This document shows positions 51,582 to 60,968 of a stretch of 64,000 bases of DNA, one piece after another (the stretch's first letter is position 1; each line of letters begins with the position of its first letter). The stretch is from an uncultured bacterium (GTDB lineage: Bacteria; Patescibacteriota; Minisyncoccia; Minisyncoccales; Staskawiczbacteraceae). The notes under the pieces are model-generated. The model made no database searches, had not been told where the DNA came from, and saw only the letters and a list, made by a program, of their open reading frames with translations. The stretch is from positions 63,210-127,209 of the forward strand of contig CAWIDW010000005.1 in assembly GCA_963835045.1 (NCBI GenBank). The letters run 5' to 3'. The position numbers were made by a program, and so were the translations under genes.

Positions 51582-52031
51582 ATGAAAGTAATTTTACTTA
51601 AAGATGTTGAGAATGTAGGCAAAAAATATGAAGTCAAGGAAGTCAAGGACGGTTACGCCCGGAATTTTTTACTTAAACAGGATTTGGCAAAAACCGTGAC
51701 TAAAAAATCGCTGGAGTGGTTGGAGGCTCAACGGGCAGTGATGGAAAAAGAAGTTGAAGAAGATCTGAAAAAAGCCCAGGAATTGGCTTCGCGTTTGGAT
51801 GATGTAGAAATAGCTATTGCGGTAAAAGTGGGAGAAGCGGGTCAATTATTTGAATCTATTAATGCTGCAAAAATTTCTGAGAAACTCAAAGAAATGGGAT
51901 TTGAAGTAAAAAAATCGCAGATTAATTTAAAAGAGGCGATTAAAGAAACCGGAGAATTTCCCATTAAAATTAACTTAGATCATAATTTGGAAGTAGAAAT
52001 AAAAGTGCTTGTTACAGAGGAAAAGGTGTAG
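51582..52031 (+). CDS. rplI: 50S ribosomal protein L9
   Basis: [31 protein letters not shown].. Confidence 0.9.
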   Translation: MKVILLKDVENVGKKYEVKEVKDGYARNFLLKQDLAKTVTKKSLEWLEAQRAVMEKEVEEDLKKAQELASRLDDVEIAIAVKVGEAGQLFESINAAKISEKLKEMGFEVKKSQINLKEAIKETGEFPIKINLDHNLEVEIKVLVTEEKV

Positions 52032-52034
52032 TCG

Positions 52035-52141
52035 TGAATCTGGAAGCTAGTAGCTGGAAGCTGGAATAGAATACGGAATCAAGAATTCAAGATTCCATAT
52101 TCATTTATTCCATTCAAGCTTCTAGCTCCTAAATTCAAGAT
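52035..52141. repeat. Intergenic imperfect palindrome, family D copy 2 (inverted relative to copy 1)
   Basis: Its reverse complement aligns with 21516-21622 without gaps, with ~13 mismatches. Confidence 0.85.
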
Positions 52142-52152
52142 ACTGTTTTTTT

Positions 52153-53772
52153 ATGGCAAAATATATTTTTGTGGCCGGTGGTGTCATGTCAGGAATCGGC
52201 AAAGGCGTGGCTACTGCTTCAATTGGAAGGATACTAAAAAGCAAGGGTTTTAAAGTCACCGCCATAAAAATTGACCCATACATTAATGTGGACGCCGGTA
52301 CGATGAATCCCATTGAACATGGGGAAGTGTTTGTCACCGAAGACGGTTTGGAATCAGACCAGGACCTGGGAAACTACGAGCGGTTTTTAGACGAAAATAT
52401 TTACACCGATAACTACATGACCACGGGCAGAATCTACCTGTCGGTCATTAATAAAGAGCGTAACTTAGAATACAATGGCGAATGCGTGGCGGTGGTTCCC
52501 GGAATTCCCAACGAAGTTATTGCCACCATTAAGCGCGCCACCAAAAAAGCCGAGGCAGATTTTACCCTCATTGAAATTGGCGGCACGGTAGGCGAGTACG
52601 AAAATTTATTGTTTTTGGAGGCCGCGCGTATGATGAAATTCCAACATCCCAAGGATGTTCTTTTTGTTTTAGTCAGTTTTCTGCCTGTGCCTTCCATTTT
52701 GGGAGAAATGAAAACCAAGCCAACCCAGCAAGCGGTGCGCCATTTAAACGAAGCAGGGCTTCAAGCAGATATTATTTTAGCCCGGGCCGAAACCGCTCCT
52801 GATGAGCGCCGCAAACAAAAATTGGCCGTGTATTGCAATATCCATCCTGATGATGTTATTGCCGCGCCCGATGTAAAGTCGGTCTATGAAGTTCCCGTTA
52901 ACTTTGAAAAAGAAAATTTGGGGAATAAAATTTTAAAAAAGTTTGGCATGAAAGCCCGCCCAAGCGACTTAAAAGAATGGGAAGGTTTGGTCAATGTCAT
53001 TCATAATTCTCCAAAGCCCGTCAACATCGGCATCGTGGGAAAATATTTTGAGAGCGGAAAATTTACCTTAACGGATTCGTATATTTCTGTTTTGGAAGCG
53101 GTAAAACACGCCTGTTACGCAAAACATCGAAAGCCGGTCATCACCTGGGTATCGGCGGAAGACTTTGAAAAAAATCCCGCTTCGTTAGCGGATCTTAAAA
53201 AATTTGACGGGGTTATTGTGCCGGGCGGATTTGGCAATCGGGGGATTGAGGGAAAAATAAAAGTCATTGAGTATTGCCGCGTCAACAACATTCCTCTGTT
53301 TGGATTGTGTTTGGGAATGCAGTTGGCCACCATTGAATTTGCCAGGAATGTTTGTGGTTTAAAAGATGCCACGTCGGCCGAATTTAAACAAAAGTCCAAA
53401 CATATTGTCATTGATGTCATGCCCGAGCAAAAAGTGCTTTTGCAGGAAAAAAAGTACGGAGCTACCATGCGCCTTGGCGCCTATGATTGCGATTTGAAAG
53501 AAAATACCATCAGCAAAAAAGCCTATGGCCAAGAAAAGATTTCTGAAAGGCATCGCCATCGCTATGAATTAAATAATGAGTATCGCGATGTACTCCAAAA
53601 ACATGGCATGGTCTTTGCCGGAATAAATACCAAAAAAGATTTGGTAGAAATTATTGAGTTGCCCGGCCATCCGTTTTTTGTAGCCACCCAGTTTCATCCC
53701 GAGTTTAAGTCCCGCCCTTTAAAACCCCATCCACTGTTTGCGGCTTTTATAGAATCTGCCGCAAAAAAATAA
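52153..53772 (+). CDS. pyrG: CTP synthase
   Basis: KYIFV.GGV.SG.GKG N-terminus; GATase domain with the GLCLGMQ catalytic Cys. Confidence 0.95.
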   Translation: MAKYIFVAGGVMSGIGKGVATASIGRILKSKGFKVTAIKIDPYINVDAGTMNPIEHGEVFVTEDGLESDQDLGNYERFLDENIYTDNYMTTGRIYLSVINKERNLEYNGECVAVVPGIPNEVIATIKRATKKAEADFTLIEIGGTVGEYENLLFLEAARMMKFQHPKDVLFVLVSFLPVPSILGEMKTKPTQQAVRHLNEAGLQADIILARAETAPDERRKQKLAVYCNIHPDDVIAAPDVKSVYEVPVNFEKENLGNKILKKFGMKARPSDLKEWEGLVNVIHNSPKPVNIGIVGKYFESGKFTLTDSYISVLEAVKHACYAKHRKPVITWVSAEDFEKNPASLADLKKFDGVIVPGGFGNRGIEGKIKVIEYCRVNNIPLFGLCLGMQLATIEFARNVCGLKDATSAEFKQKSKHIVIDVMPEQKVLLQEKKYGATMRLGAYDCDLKENTISKKAYGQEKISERHRHRYELNNEYRDVLQKHGMVFAGINTKKDLVEIIELPGHPFFVATQFHPEFKSRPLKPHPLFAAFIESAAKK

Positions 53773-53808
53773 GCCTCCGGAGGGTAGACTTATTTTTTTC
53801 GTCGAAAA

Positions 53809-54087
53809 TTATTTTGAATCAATGTGCACTACCTTTGTTTGCCGCTGGGTGCCGTTGAATAATTTTTTGAGGCGGGTACTAAATCGAACTACTCCATCTT
53901 TAGCAGCGTAGAGAGTATCGTCCGATCCCTTTTTGACATTTTTTCCAGGGATGTATCGGGTGCCTCGCTGGCGGACAATAATCATACCAATTTTTGCCAC
54001 TTCTCCCGCGTACAGTTTAATGCCAAGACGCTGAGCGGCCGAATCTCGTCCTAATCTGGACGAACCTGATGATTTACTTGTTGACAT
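53809..54087 (-). CDS. rpmA: 50S ribosomal protein L27
   Basis: ..[27 protein letters not shown]...PG.NV..G.D.TLYA...G.V.F. Confidence 0.9.
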   Translation of the reverse strand: MSTSKSSGSSRLGRDSAAQRLGIKLYAGEVAKIGMIIVRQRGTRYIPGKNVKKGSDDTLYAAKDGVVRFSTRLKKLFNGTQRQTKVVHIDSK

Positions 54088-54172
54088 AGTTCATGAAACA
54101 TGGAACATGAAACATGGAACAAACGAAAAGTAACGTTTTGATCTATGATCTATGCTCTATGATGTATGAAGA
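54088..54172. repeat. Low-complexity divergent intergenic region with two non-complementary tandem-repeat arms
   Basis: catgaaacatggaacatgaaacatggaac ... aaacgaaaagtaacgtttt ... gatctatgatctatgctctatgatgtatg. Confidence 0.7.
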
Positions 54173-54208
54173 AATTGTAGCAAAATTACCTTATTTTGTC
54201 AAAATCAA

Positions 54209-54895
54209 ATGAAAAAAGTGCCTCAACATATTGTGTTATTTCCCGATGGTAACCGTCGCTGGGCCCAAGATCAGGGCATGAATATTGCCGATGGATATTT
54301 GAAGGGCAAAGACAAATTCAACGATTTTTTGCATTGGTGCAAAGAGAGCGGCGTCAAGGTGGTGACGGTGTTTGGTTTTTCCAGTGAAAATTGGAAACGG
54401 CCACAAGATCAGGTTGATTTTTTAATGCACGTCTTTGAAACTTATCTGGAAAAGGGGATTGAGAGCTTTAATAAAGAAGATGTGCGCGTGAAAGTGATTG
54501 GCCAAAAATACAAACTCTCGGAGTCGCTAAAAAAAGTCATCGAAAAAGTGGAAGAGGCCACGAAAAGTAATGCCGCCATGCATTTAAATTTGGCGGTCAG
54601 TTACGGCGGCCGATGGGACATTGTCAACGCCGTCAAGGAAATAATTAAAAAGGGGATTGACCCGGAAAGCCTTACCGAAGAACTGTTTGCCGAGCATCTT
54701 TCCACCGCCGGCCTGCCAGAGCCAGACTTGATTATTCGTGCTGGCGGCGAAATGCGCTTGTCTAATTTTGTGTTGTGGCAAGGAGCCTATTCTGAATTAT
54801 ATTTTTCTGAAAAACTTTGGCCGGATTTTACAGAGCAAGATTTTCACGCCGCTCTTGAAGAATTTGATCGTCGCTCGCGAAGGTTTGGAAAATAA
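54209..54895 (+). CDS. uppS: Isoprenyl transferase (undecaprenyl-diphosphate synthase)
   Basis: HIVLFPDGNRRWA, ..FS.ENW.RP..EV and ..DL.IR.GGE.R.SNF.LWQ motifs. Confidence 0.9.
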   Translation: MKKVPQHIVLFPDGNRRWAQDQGMNIADGYLKGKDKFNDFLHWCKESGVKVVTVFGFSSENWKRPQDQVDFLMHVFETYLEKGIESFNKEDVRVKVIGQKYKLSESLKKVIEKVEEATKSNAAMHLNLAVSYGGRWDIVNAVKEIIKKGIDPESLTEELFAEHLSTAGLPEPDLIIRAGGEMRLSNFVLWQGAYSELYFSEKLWPDFTEQDFHAALEEFDRRSRRFGK

Positions 54896-54904
54896 AAAAA
54901 GAGG

Positions 54905-55402
54905 TTAGACCTCTTTTTTTATTAACGTTTCCGCCATGTCGCGCCACTTGGAGGTTCTGGGTTTTTGTTTGTACTTGGCGGTTTGTTTGTGGATTTCCAT
55001 TAAAGAAAGCAGGTCGTTTTTTTTCCATTTAGATAAGTAGATGCCTTTATTTTGATAAATAATCGCTACGGCTTTCTGCCATAAATTAAATTGCTTTTTC
55101 TTGTTGTCCGCCAAAGTATTTTTTTGAAAGTAGGGGACAACGATTTGGTAGAGTTCGGAAATATTTTGCACCGAAAGCCGAGCCTGGTTTTTGGCCACGG
55201 AAACTGTCCCGCATCCTAACATCTTTATTGCTTTTTTCAATACCAACATTTCTTCTTTGGGCAGGGTAATAACAAACTGGATTTTCCAGCGATAATAGGT
55301 AGGGCTTCCGGTTCGCTCGCGGCGGGTATCTTTTCTAAACTGTAAATCAAAACAGCCATCGGTGTTTACCAAATGAGTAAGGTTGAAAGTTTCTTTTTGC
55401 AT
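54905..55402 (-). CDS. Free-standing LAGLIDADG-family homing endonuclease (single-motif type)
   Basis: LTHLVNTDGCFDLQF occupies the LAGLIDADG position. Downstream ..LVLKKAIKMLGCGTVS..RLSVQNISELYQIVVPYFQKN.L...KKKQFNLW.. matches the I-CreI-like fold pattern. The last codons lie in the uppS terminator hairpin. Confidence 0.65.
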   Translation of the reverse strand: MQKETFNLTHLVNTDGCFDLQFRKDTRRERTGSPTYYRWKIQFVITLPKEEMLVLKKAIKMLGCGTVSVAKNQARLSVQNISELYQIVVPYFQKNTLADNKKKQFNLWQKAVAIIYQNKGIYLSKWKKNDLLSLMEIHKQTAKYKQKPRTSKWRDMAETLIKKEV

Positions 55403-55489
55403 GTTTTCATTGTAACAAATATTTAATTATGCGACAATACGCCACGGCTTCTGGAAAAATAATAAAAAAAATATTATAATGGACACACT

Positions 55490-56275
55490 ATGATAAAAGT
55501 CCGAAATCTGGTTAAAAAATATGGGGATTTTATAGCGGTCAACGGCGTCTCTTTTGATGTGGAAGACGGAGAAGTGTTTGCTTTTTTGGGGCCCAATGGT
55601 GCCGGAAAAAGTACCACCATTAAAATGCTCACCACCATTTTGCATCCCACGTCCGGGTCGGTGATGCTCAACGGCATTGATCCGGTCAAGGATCCCGAGC
55701 AAGCCCGCCGGTCATTTGGAATTGTGTTCCAAGATCCGAGCGTGGATGAGGATTTGACCGCCTGGGAAAATCTTGATTTGCATGGCGTGCTCTACGATGT
55801 GCCCGAGAAAGAGCGCCGCCAGAGATCCGAGGAACTCTTGAAGTTCGTTGATTTGTGGGGACGTAAAGATAGTTTGGTGAAGGAATTTTCCGGCGGGATG
55901 AAGCGGCGTCTTGAAATAGCCCGGGCATTTTTACACGAGCCCAAGATTATTTTTTTGGATGAGCCGACAATCGGCCTTGACCCGCAAACCCGAAACTTAA
56001 TGTGGGAACGCATCCATGAGCTGAATAAAACCAAGGGGACTACGATTTTTTTTAGTACGCACTTAATGGAAGAAGCTGATAAGTGGGCGAATAGGATATC
56101 AATTATGGACCATGGAAAAATTCTTACCACCGGAAGTGCCGCAGACTTAAAGCAACAAACCAACACCCAGTACCTTGAAGATGCCTTCTTGGCGCTGACG
56201 GGCAAAGACATCCGGGAACAAGGTGCTGAGGCGAGCAATGCCATGAAGGCGTTCCGCGGCGGCGGCCGGCGATAG
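55490..56275 (+). CDS. ABC transporter ATP-binding protein (ABC-2/DrrA-like)
   Basis: Walker A GPNGAGKST, signature SGGMKRRL, Walker B IIFLDEPT. Confidence 0.9.
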   Translation: MIKVRNLVKKYGDFIAVNGVSFDVEDGEVFAFLGPNGAGKSTTIKMLTTILHPTSGSVMLNGIDPVKDPEQARRSFGIVFQDPSVDEDLTAWENLDLHGVLYDVPEKERRQRSEELLKFVDLWGRKDSLVKEFSGGMKRRLEIARAFLHEPKIIFLDEPTIGLDPQTRNLMWERIHELNKTKGTTIFFSTHLMEEADKWANRISIMDHGKILTTGSAADLKQQTNTQYLEDAFLALTGKDIREQGAEASNAMKAFRGGGRR

Positions 56276-56321
56276 TATTTATTGCCGAGGTATTGAGCCA
56301 TAAATAAAGTCTGGTAAAACT

Positions 56322-56795
56322 ATGCATATATATGAAACCCCAAGTTTTGAAGTCGACTCCCAGGAAAAACCTTTTGTTTCAAGAACAGAAGGCGGCCACG
56401 TTCGAATAAAAATAAAAGATCGCGAAATAACAGACAGAACCAAACTTGATCCAAAAACAGCGATTGAACTAATGCGTTTAACTATGATTGTGGGCGAGGC
56501 TTTCGAAACAGCTATGAATAATCGTGGGATTCCTGTTATAAAGATTAACTATCAAGATATGGGTAATTGGGCGTGGAAAGAAAACAAAAAGCCGTATCTT
56601 CATGTGCATATTTTTGGAAGAGCATCTGATGCGATGAAACAAAAATGGCCAGAAAGTGTTTATTTGCCAGATAGATCAACGGGTTTTTACGATGGGTTCG
56701 AGCCAGTAAATGAAGAGGATATTAAAGAAATACAGAAACAAATTGACTTGGTGTCACAAAGAGAAAAATATAAATTAGAAAATTGGGGATTATAG
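56322..56795 (+). CDS. HIT-like (histidine-triad-fold) protein, degenerate triad
   Basis: ..PYLHVHIFGR.. resembles HxHxH with the third His replaced. Inserted between the ABC ATPase and permease genes. Confidence 0.35.
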   Translation: MHIYETPSFEVDSQEKPFVSRTEGGHVRIKIKDREITDRTKLDPKTAIELMRLTMIVGEAFETAMNNRGIPVIKINYQDMGNWAWKENKKPYLHVHIFGRASDAMKQKWPESVYLPDRSTGFYDGFEPVNEEDIKEIQKQIDLVSQREKYKLENWGL

Positions 56796-56829
56796 CTCGA
56801 CCGAGAAGTTTAACTCTTTATTAAAATAC

Positions 56830-57585
56830 ATGGTTATTGAAAAAATTTATTACCTTTGGCTGCGGCAGATTAAAAAGTATTTAAGGTCTACGCCCCGATT
56901 AATCGGGACGCTGGCCCAGCCGGTGGTGTTTTTGGTCATGTTTGGGTATGGCCTTGGCAGTACGTTTGCCCAGGCGGGAGGAAATTACATCGATTATCTG
57001 GTGCCTGGAATTATTGCTATGAGCATTATTTTTACCGCTATTTTTACGGGGATAGAAATGATTTGGGACCGGCAATTCGGATTTTTGAAAGAAACGTTGG
57101 TGGCTCCCATGTCTCGGTTTAATGTGATGCTGGGCAGAACACTGGGCGGGGCAACCGTTTCCACCATCCAGGGCATCATCGTCTTTTTTATCGCCCTTCT
57201 TTTTGGTTTTCGGCCTATCAGTTGGCTGGCAGTCATTCCCGCCGTCGGTATTATGTTTTTAATATCACTGGTGTTTGCGGCATTCGGGACATGTATCGGC
57301 TCGGTTCTGGAAGATATTCAGGCATTCTCTATCATCATTAATTTTATCATTCAGCCGTTGTTATATCTTTCGGGAGCATTATTCCCCGCGACTGGATTTC
57401 CCAGCTGGCTTTCTTTTATTTCCCATGTAGATCCGCTCACATATGGTAATGATGCTCTGCGGTATTTGCTTTCTGGCATCGGGTATCATGATTTGGGATT
57501 AGGATTAGATACGCTGGCACTGATTATTTTTTCAGTAATTTTCTTGGCCGCCGGAGGATACTTTTTTGAAAAAATCCAGATTTAG
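56830..57585 (+). CDS. ABC-2 type transporter permease
   Basis: Six TM helices; follows the ABC ATPase. Confidence 0.8.
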   Translation: MVIEKIYYLWLRQIKKYLRSTPRLIGTLAQPVVFLVMFGYGLGSTFAQAGGNYIDYLVPGIIAMSIIFTAIFTGIEMIWDRQFGFLKETLVAPMSRFNVMLGRTLGGATVSTIQGIIVFFIALLFGFRPISWLAVIPAVGIMFLISLVFAAFGTCIGSVLEDIQAFSIIINFIIQPLLYLSGALFPATGFPSWLSFISHVDPLTYGNDALRYLLSGIGYHDLGLGLDTLALIIFSVIFLAAGGYFFEKIQI

Positions 57586-57639
57586 TATTATAATAGATTT
57601 GTCATTCAATAAAACTCACAGATAACCTTCTATACTTTT

Positions 57640-59157
57640 ATGAATCCATTTCAATCAATAAAACAATTTCTTTTTATCCATATCCGGTTGGCTTTCGGGT
57701 TGGTTGTGATTATTGCCGCGATCGGAACGGTTTGGTACATTGTTTCCAATAGTCCGCCTAATTTGCCTTCTTACGCCGTTGGAAAAGGAAACGTGGTCGC
57801 GTCGGTTGATATTCCCGGAACCGTTTCTTCAAGCGACAGCGTTGCCCTTTCATTTCAAGAGTCGGGTAAAATAGCAAGCGTAAATGTCCAAGAAGGACAA
57901 ATGGTGACCCAAGGCCAAGTTCTTGCCAGTTTGAGCGCTTCAAGCCAGCAAACACAGCTTGAGCAAGAGCAGGCGGCGCTGGCGGCAGCACAGGCAAATT
58001 ATCAAAAATTGTTGGCGGGAGCCACAACTCAAAGCGTTCAAACATCACAAGACGCCGTAAATTCAGCCAATCAAAACTTAACCAATGCTTATAGCGGGGC
58101 CATGAATACCTTAAACACTGCCTCCACCACTATTTACAATACTTATAACTTGGCGGTTTCAATTCAAAATAAATATTTTAACGAACAAGATTCTGAAGGC
58201 ATCGCGGTTTCCGGAGCCAGGAGTGATTTAAATGCCAGTATGTCAAGCGCCCAGAGTTCTTTGGCGGTCGCCCAAAAAAGCATGGCGCCCACAGATATTA
58301 ATGCCGCCGTTACCCAAATGAGTTCCTCCCTTAATAATGCTTACAGCGATATCAGCATCATCCGCGCCCAGTGCGACCAAGGAACCTACTATTACGCTGT
58401 CACATCCACTGACAAGGCGTCTTTGGACAGTCAAAAAGCGTCAGTTAGTGCTGTCTTGACCAGTGTCACAGCTTTGCAGCAAAGTATTTCTTCGTTAGCT
58501 TTGGCGCTGCAAACCGCCCAAGACCAATTAAATGTAACCACCGAGCCTCCTACAACCGCAGATATTAGTTCAGCAAAAGCCCAAATCGCCGCCGCCCAAG
58601 CCCAAATAGAAAGCGCCAATGTCCAAATAAATAATACCACCATCGTAGCTCCGTTTTCTGGCATGGTTATTAACGTGGTCGGTCAAGTGGGCATGGTGGT
58701 TTCTCCCAACGCCCCGGTTCTTTCTTTAATTAATAATCAAATCATGAAGTTTGACGCCTTCGCGCCTGAAAGCGAGGTTTCCCAAATACAAGCCAATGCC
58801 AGCGCGAATGTGGTCCTGGATGCTTACAATGGTCCAACATTTCCGGCAAAAGTGACGGCCATTGATACGGGAACCACCATGTTTAATGGATCTCCCGCTT
58901 ACCAAGTTACGCTGTATTTTACAGAGCCCGATGCCAGAATTTTTTCAGGCATGACTGGCAACGTTCTTGTTACAACCGGTGAACATGATAATGTGGTTAC
59001 CATCCCTTCGCGCCTCGTGCTGGCAAGTGGCAATAATACTGTTGTCCGCATGCAAGATGGCTCGATGCGCCAAATTACCATTGGATTAACGGGAAGCAAT
59101 AATATGGTGGAAGTTGTATCGGGTTTGCAAGCCGGTGAAAAGCTAAGCGATTATTAA
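57640..59157 (+). CDS. HlyD/MacA-like membrane-fusion (periplasmic adaptor) protein
   Basis: TM anchor, lipoyl-like ..VQEGQMVTQGQVLA.., very long Ala/Gln-rich coiled-coil, ..IVAPFSGMVINV.., beta-barrel C-terminus. Confidence 0.75.
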   Translation: MNPFQSIKQFLFIHIRLAFGLVVIIAAIGTVWYIVSNSPPNLPSYAVGKGNVVASVDIPGTVSSSDSVALSFQESGKIASVNVQEGQMVTQGQVLASLSASSQQTQLEQEQAALAAAQANYQKLLAGATTQSVQTSQDAVNSANQNLTNAYSGAMNTLNTASTTIYNTYNLAVSIQNKYFNEQDSEGIAVSGARSDLNASMSSAQSSLAVAQKSMAPTDINAAVTQMSSSLNNAYSDISIIRAQCDQGTYYYAVTSTDKASLDSQKASVSAVLTSVTALQQSISSLALALQTAQDQLNVTTEPPTTADISSAKAQIAAAQAQIESANVQINNTTIVAPFSGMVINVVGQVGMVVSPNAPVLSLINNQIMKFDAFAPESEVSQIQANASANVVLDAYNGPTFPAKVTAIDTGTTMFNGSPAYQVTLYFTEPDARIFSGMTGNVLVTTGEHDNVVTIPSRLVLASGNNTVVRMQDGSMRQITIGLTGSNNMVEVVSGLQAGEKLSDY

Positions 59158-59158
59158 A

Positions 59159-59290
59159 ATAACCAAGATACAAGAAACAATAACCAAGCAATGCCCAATA
59201 TAAAAAATTAAAAATTCCAAATGCCAGTTAATGTTTGGATATTGAGATTTGAATATTGTTTGTATCTTGTTTCTTGGTGATTGTTTCTTA
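59159..59290. repeat. Intergenic imperfect palindrome, family E copy 2
   Basis: aataaccaagatacaagaaacaataaccaagcaa ... aaaaattccaaa..tttggatatt ... attgtttgtatcttgtttcttggtgattgtttct. Confidence 0.8.
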
Positions 59291-59298
59291 TATATTTT

Positions 59299-59913
59299 AT
59301 GCCTCAAACAAAGACTACGCTCTGGATCATGGTAATTCTCATCGCCGTAGGATGCGGCCTTTTGATATATTGGTATGTGTCTTCGCAATTTGTCTACATT
59401 GATAAATCGGTGGTGGAAGCCCCAATCATCACCCTTTCATCCACTAACTCCGATATTTTAGAGCAAGTATTTGTAAGCGTGGGGGACACCGTGGCGGCAA
59501 ACCAACCGATTGCCCGGGTGGGGGATCAAATTGTGGAAGCAAAAGTGGCTGGTATTATTGTTTCTGTAAATCAAAACATCGGCCAGCTTGAAAATCCTCT
59601 GGCGGGACAGGCCACTGTTGCCACCATGATTGACCCAACCCAGTTGCGGGTGGTAGGAAATATTGACGAAGATAAAGGCTTGTCAGAAATAAAAGTGGGG
59701 GACGAGGCAAAGTTTACCGTGGACGCTTTTGGTTCCAAGGTCTATGACGGCGTGGTCAGCCAAATCGGACAAACTTCCGAGGCCAGTGTTGTCAATAACA
59801 TTTTCAACCAGCGCCCAACCAACGAATTTGATATTTATGTAACCTTCAACCCCGCCAAATATCCCGAATTAAAAAGCGGCATGTCGGCTCGCATGTGGGT
59901 CTACAAACAATAA
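59299..59913 (+). CDS. Short HlyD-family adaptor-like protein
   Basis: TM anchor; ..VSVGDTVAANQPIARV.. lipoyl-like motif; ..VKVGDEAKFTVDAF.. barrel region. Confidence 0.6.
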   Translation: MPQTKTTLWIMVILIAVGCGLLIYWYVSSQFVYIDKSVVEAPIITLSSTNSDILEQVFVSVGDTVAANQPIARVGDQIVEAKVAGIIVSVNQNIGQLENPLAGQATVATMIDPTQLRVVGNIDEDKGLSEIKVGDEAKFTVDAFGSKVYDGVVSQIGQTSEASVVNNIFNQRPTNEFDIYVTFNPAKYPELKSGMSARMWVYKQ

Positions 59914-59944
59914 TTTTCATATTTTATTGTGCGACATTTTAGTC

Positions 59945-59969
59945 AAAGCCACCTTGAAAGGTGGTTTTT
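59945..59969 (+). terminator. Rho-independent terminator
   Basis: aaagccacc ttgaaa ggtggttttt. Confidence 0.65.
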
Positions 59970-60102
59970 GGTTGAAGGAAGTCTGACTTATTGACTTTAT
60001 ATATTAATGGTGTTATAAAAAAGCTAGCACATTTTGACAATCAGGCTCGCTTCTTATTATGGCAAAAGAAGCGGACACATGTTAAAACGAAAGGAAAGAG
60101 CC

Positions 60103-60633
60103 ATGAGTAACTGGGACCATCTTTGCAAAGCCTTGTCTGAAAAAAGTTTTTGCTTTTTTGTGGGAGTCGCTTTCATTTTGTATGCCTTAATTTTCAAACA
60201 AGAAGGTTGGGAAAAGGGAGTTTGCCAGGCGTTTTACAAGGACTTAGTTGTCACTGCCATCCGCTTTGCTCCCGTTTGTGCCATGATTATTGTGATTATG
60301 GCGGCCATCACTCACTTGGACAAGGCCGAAATTAATGCCGGCGTATCCGAAAAAATCATTGCCGGAAAATACGGCGAATTTACTGCCGTAATTGTTTCTG
60401 CCATGATGCCGGGCGGCGCCGGAGGCGGCCAACTTAAAACGGCTTGGGAATCGGGTGAAAATCGCGCCAACGTTTTGGTGTGCCTGCATGCCATGATGGC
60501 GCTTAGCCTCAATGGCTTCATGTTTCGCTCGGCGGCCTTGGAATGGAAGCTGTCATTAATTTGGGCGGGGATGGCCAGCGCCATGTTGGTGCAAGTTTAT
60601 TTAATTGGAAAAATCCTCAAGCCATGGCTGTAG
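60103..60633 (+). CDS. Hypothetical polytopic membrane protein
   Basis: ATG 60103 after an AAAGGAAAGAG SD-like sequence; 4-5 TM helices; GC-richer. Confidence 0.45.
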   Translation: MSNWDHLCKALSEKSFCFFVGVAFILYALIFKQEGWEKGVCQAFYKDLVVTAIRFAPVCAMIIVIMAAITHLDKAEINAGVSEKIIAGKYGEFTAVIVSAMMPGGAGGGQLKTAWESGENRANVLVCLHAMMALSLNGFMFRSAALEWKLSLIWAGMASAMLVQVYLIGKILKPWL

Positions 60634-60968
60634 TAAAGGGCCGGAAGTGCTGTGCAAATATAATGCGTCCACTTTCGGCCCTCTTTATTTACCCAGAAAG
60701 TTATCCACAGTTTGGTATTGACATGGTTTTATTTTCTGATAAACTCAAAGTAGATAAGCTTTTAGTGATTCCCTCTGGACTCACAAAAAGGCGAATCAAA
60801 ACAGCTCTTTCATTTTTAACCCCCTCAACACCAAACCCAACCCAAACAATAAAAGGCTTCCCTAAAAAGAAGCCTTTACTCATGTATAAAATCTGAATTT
60901 TTCATTTGCTTTTTCATGCAAAAAAGAGCACAATGAGCTTGCATAATATTAATAACCAAAAAAATTGT

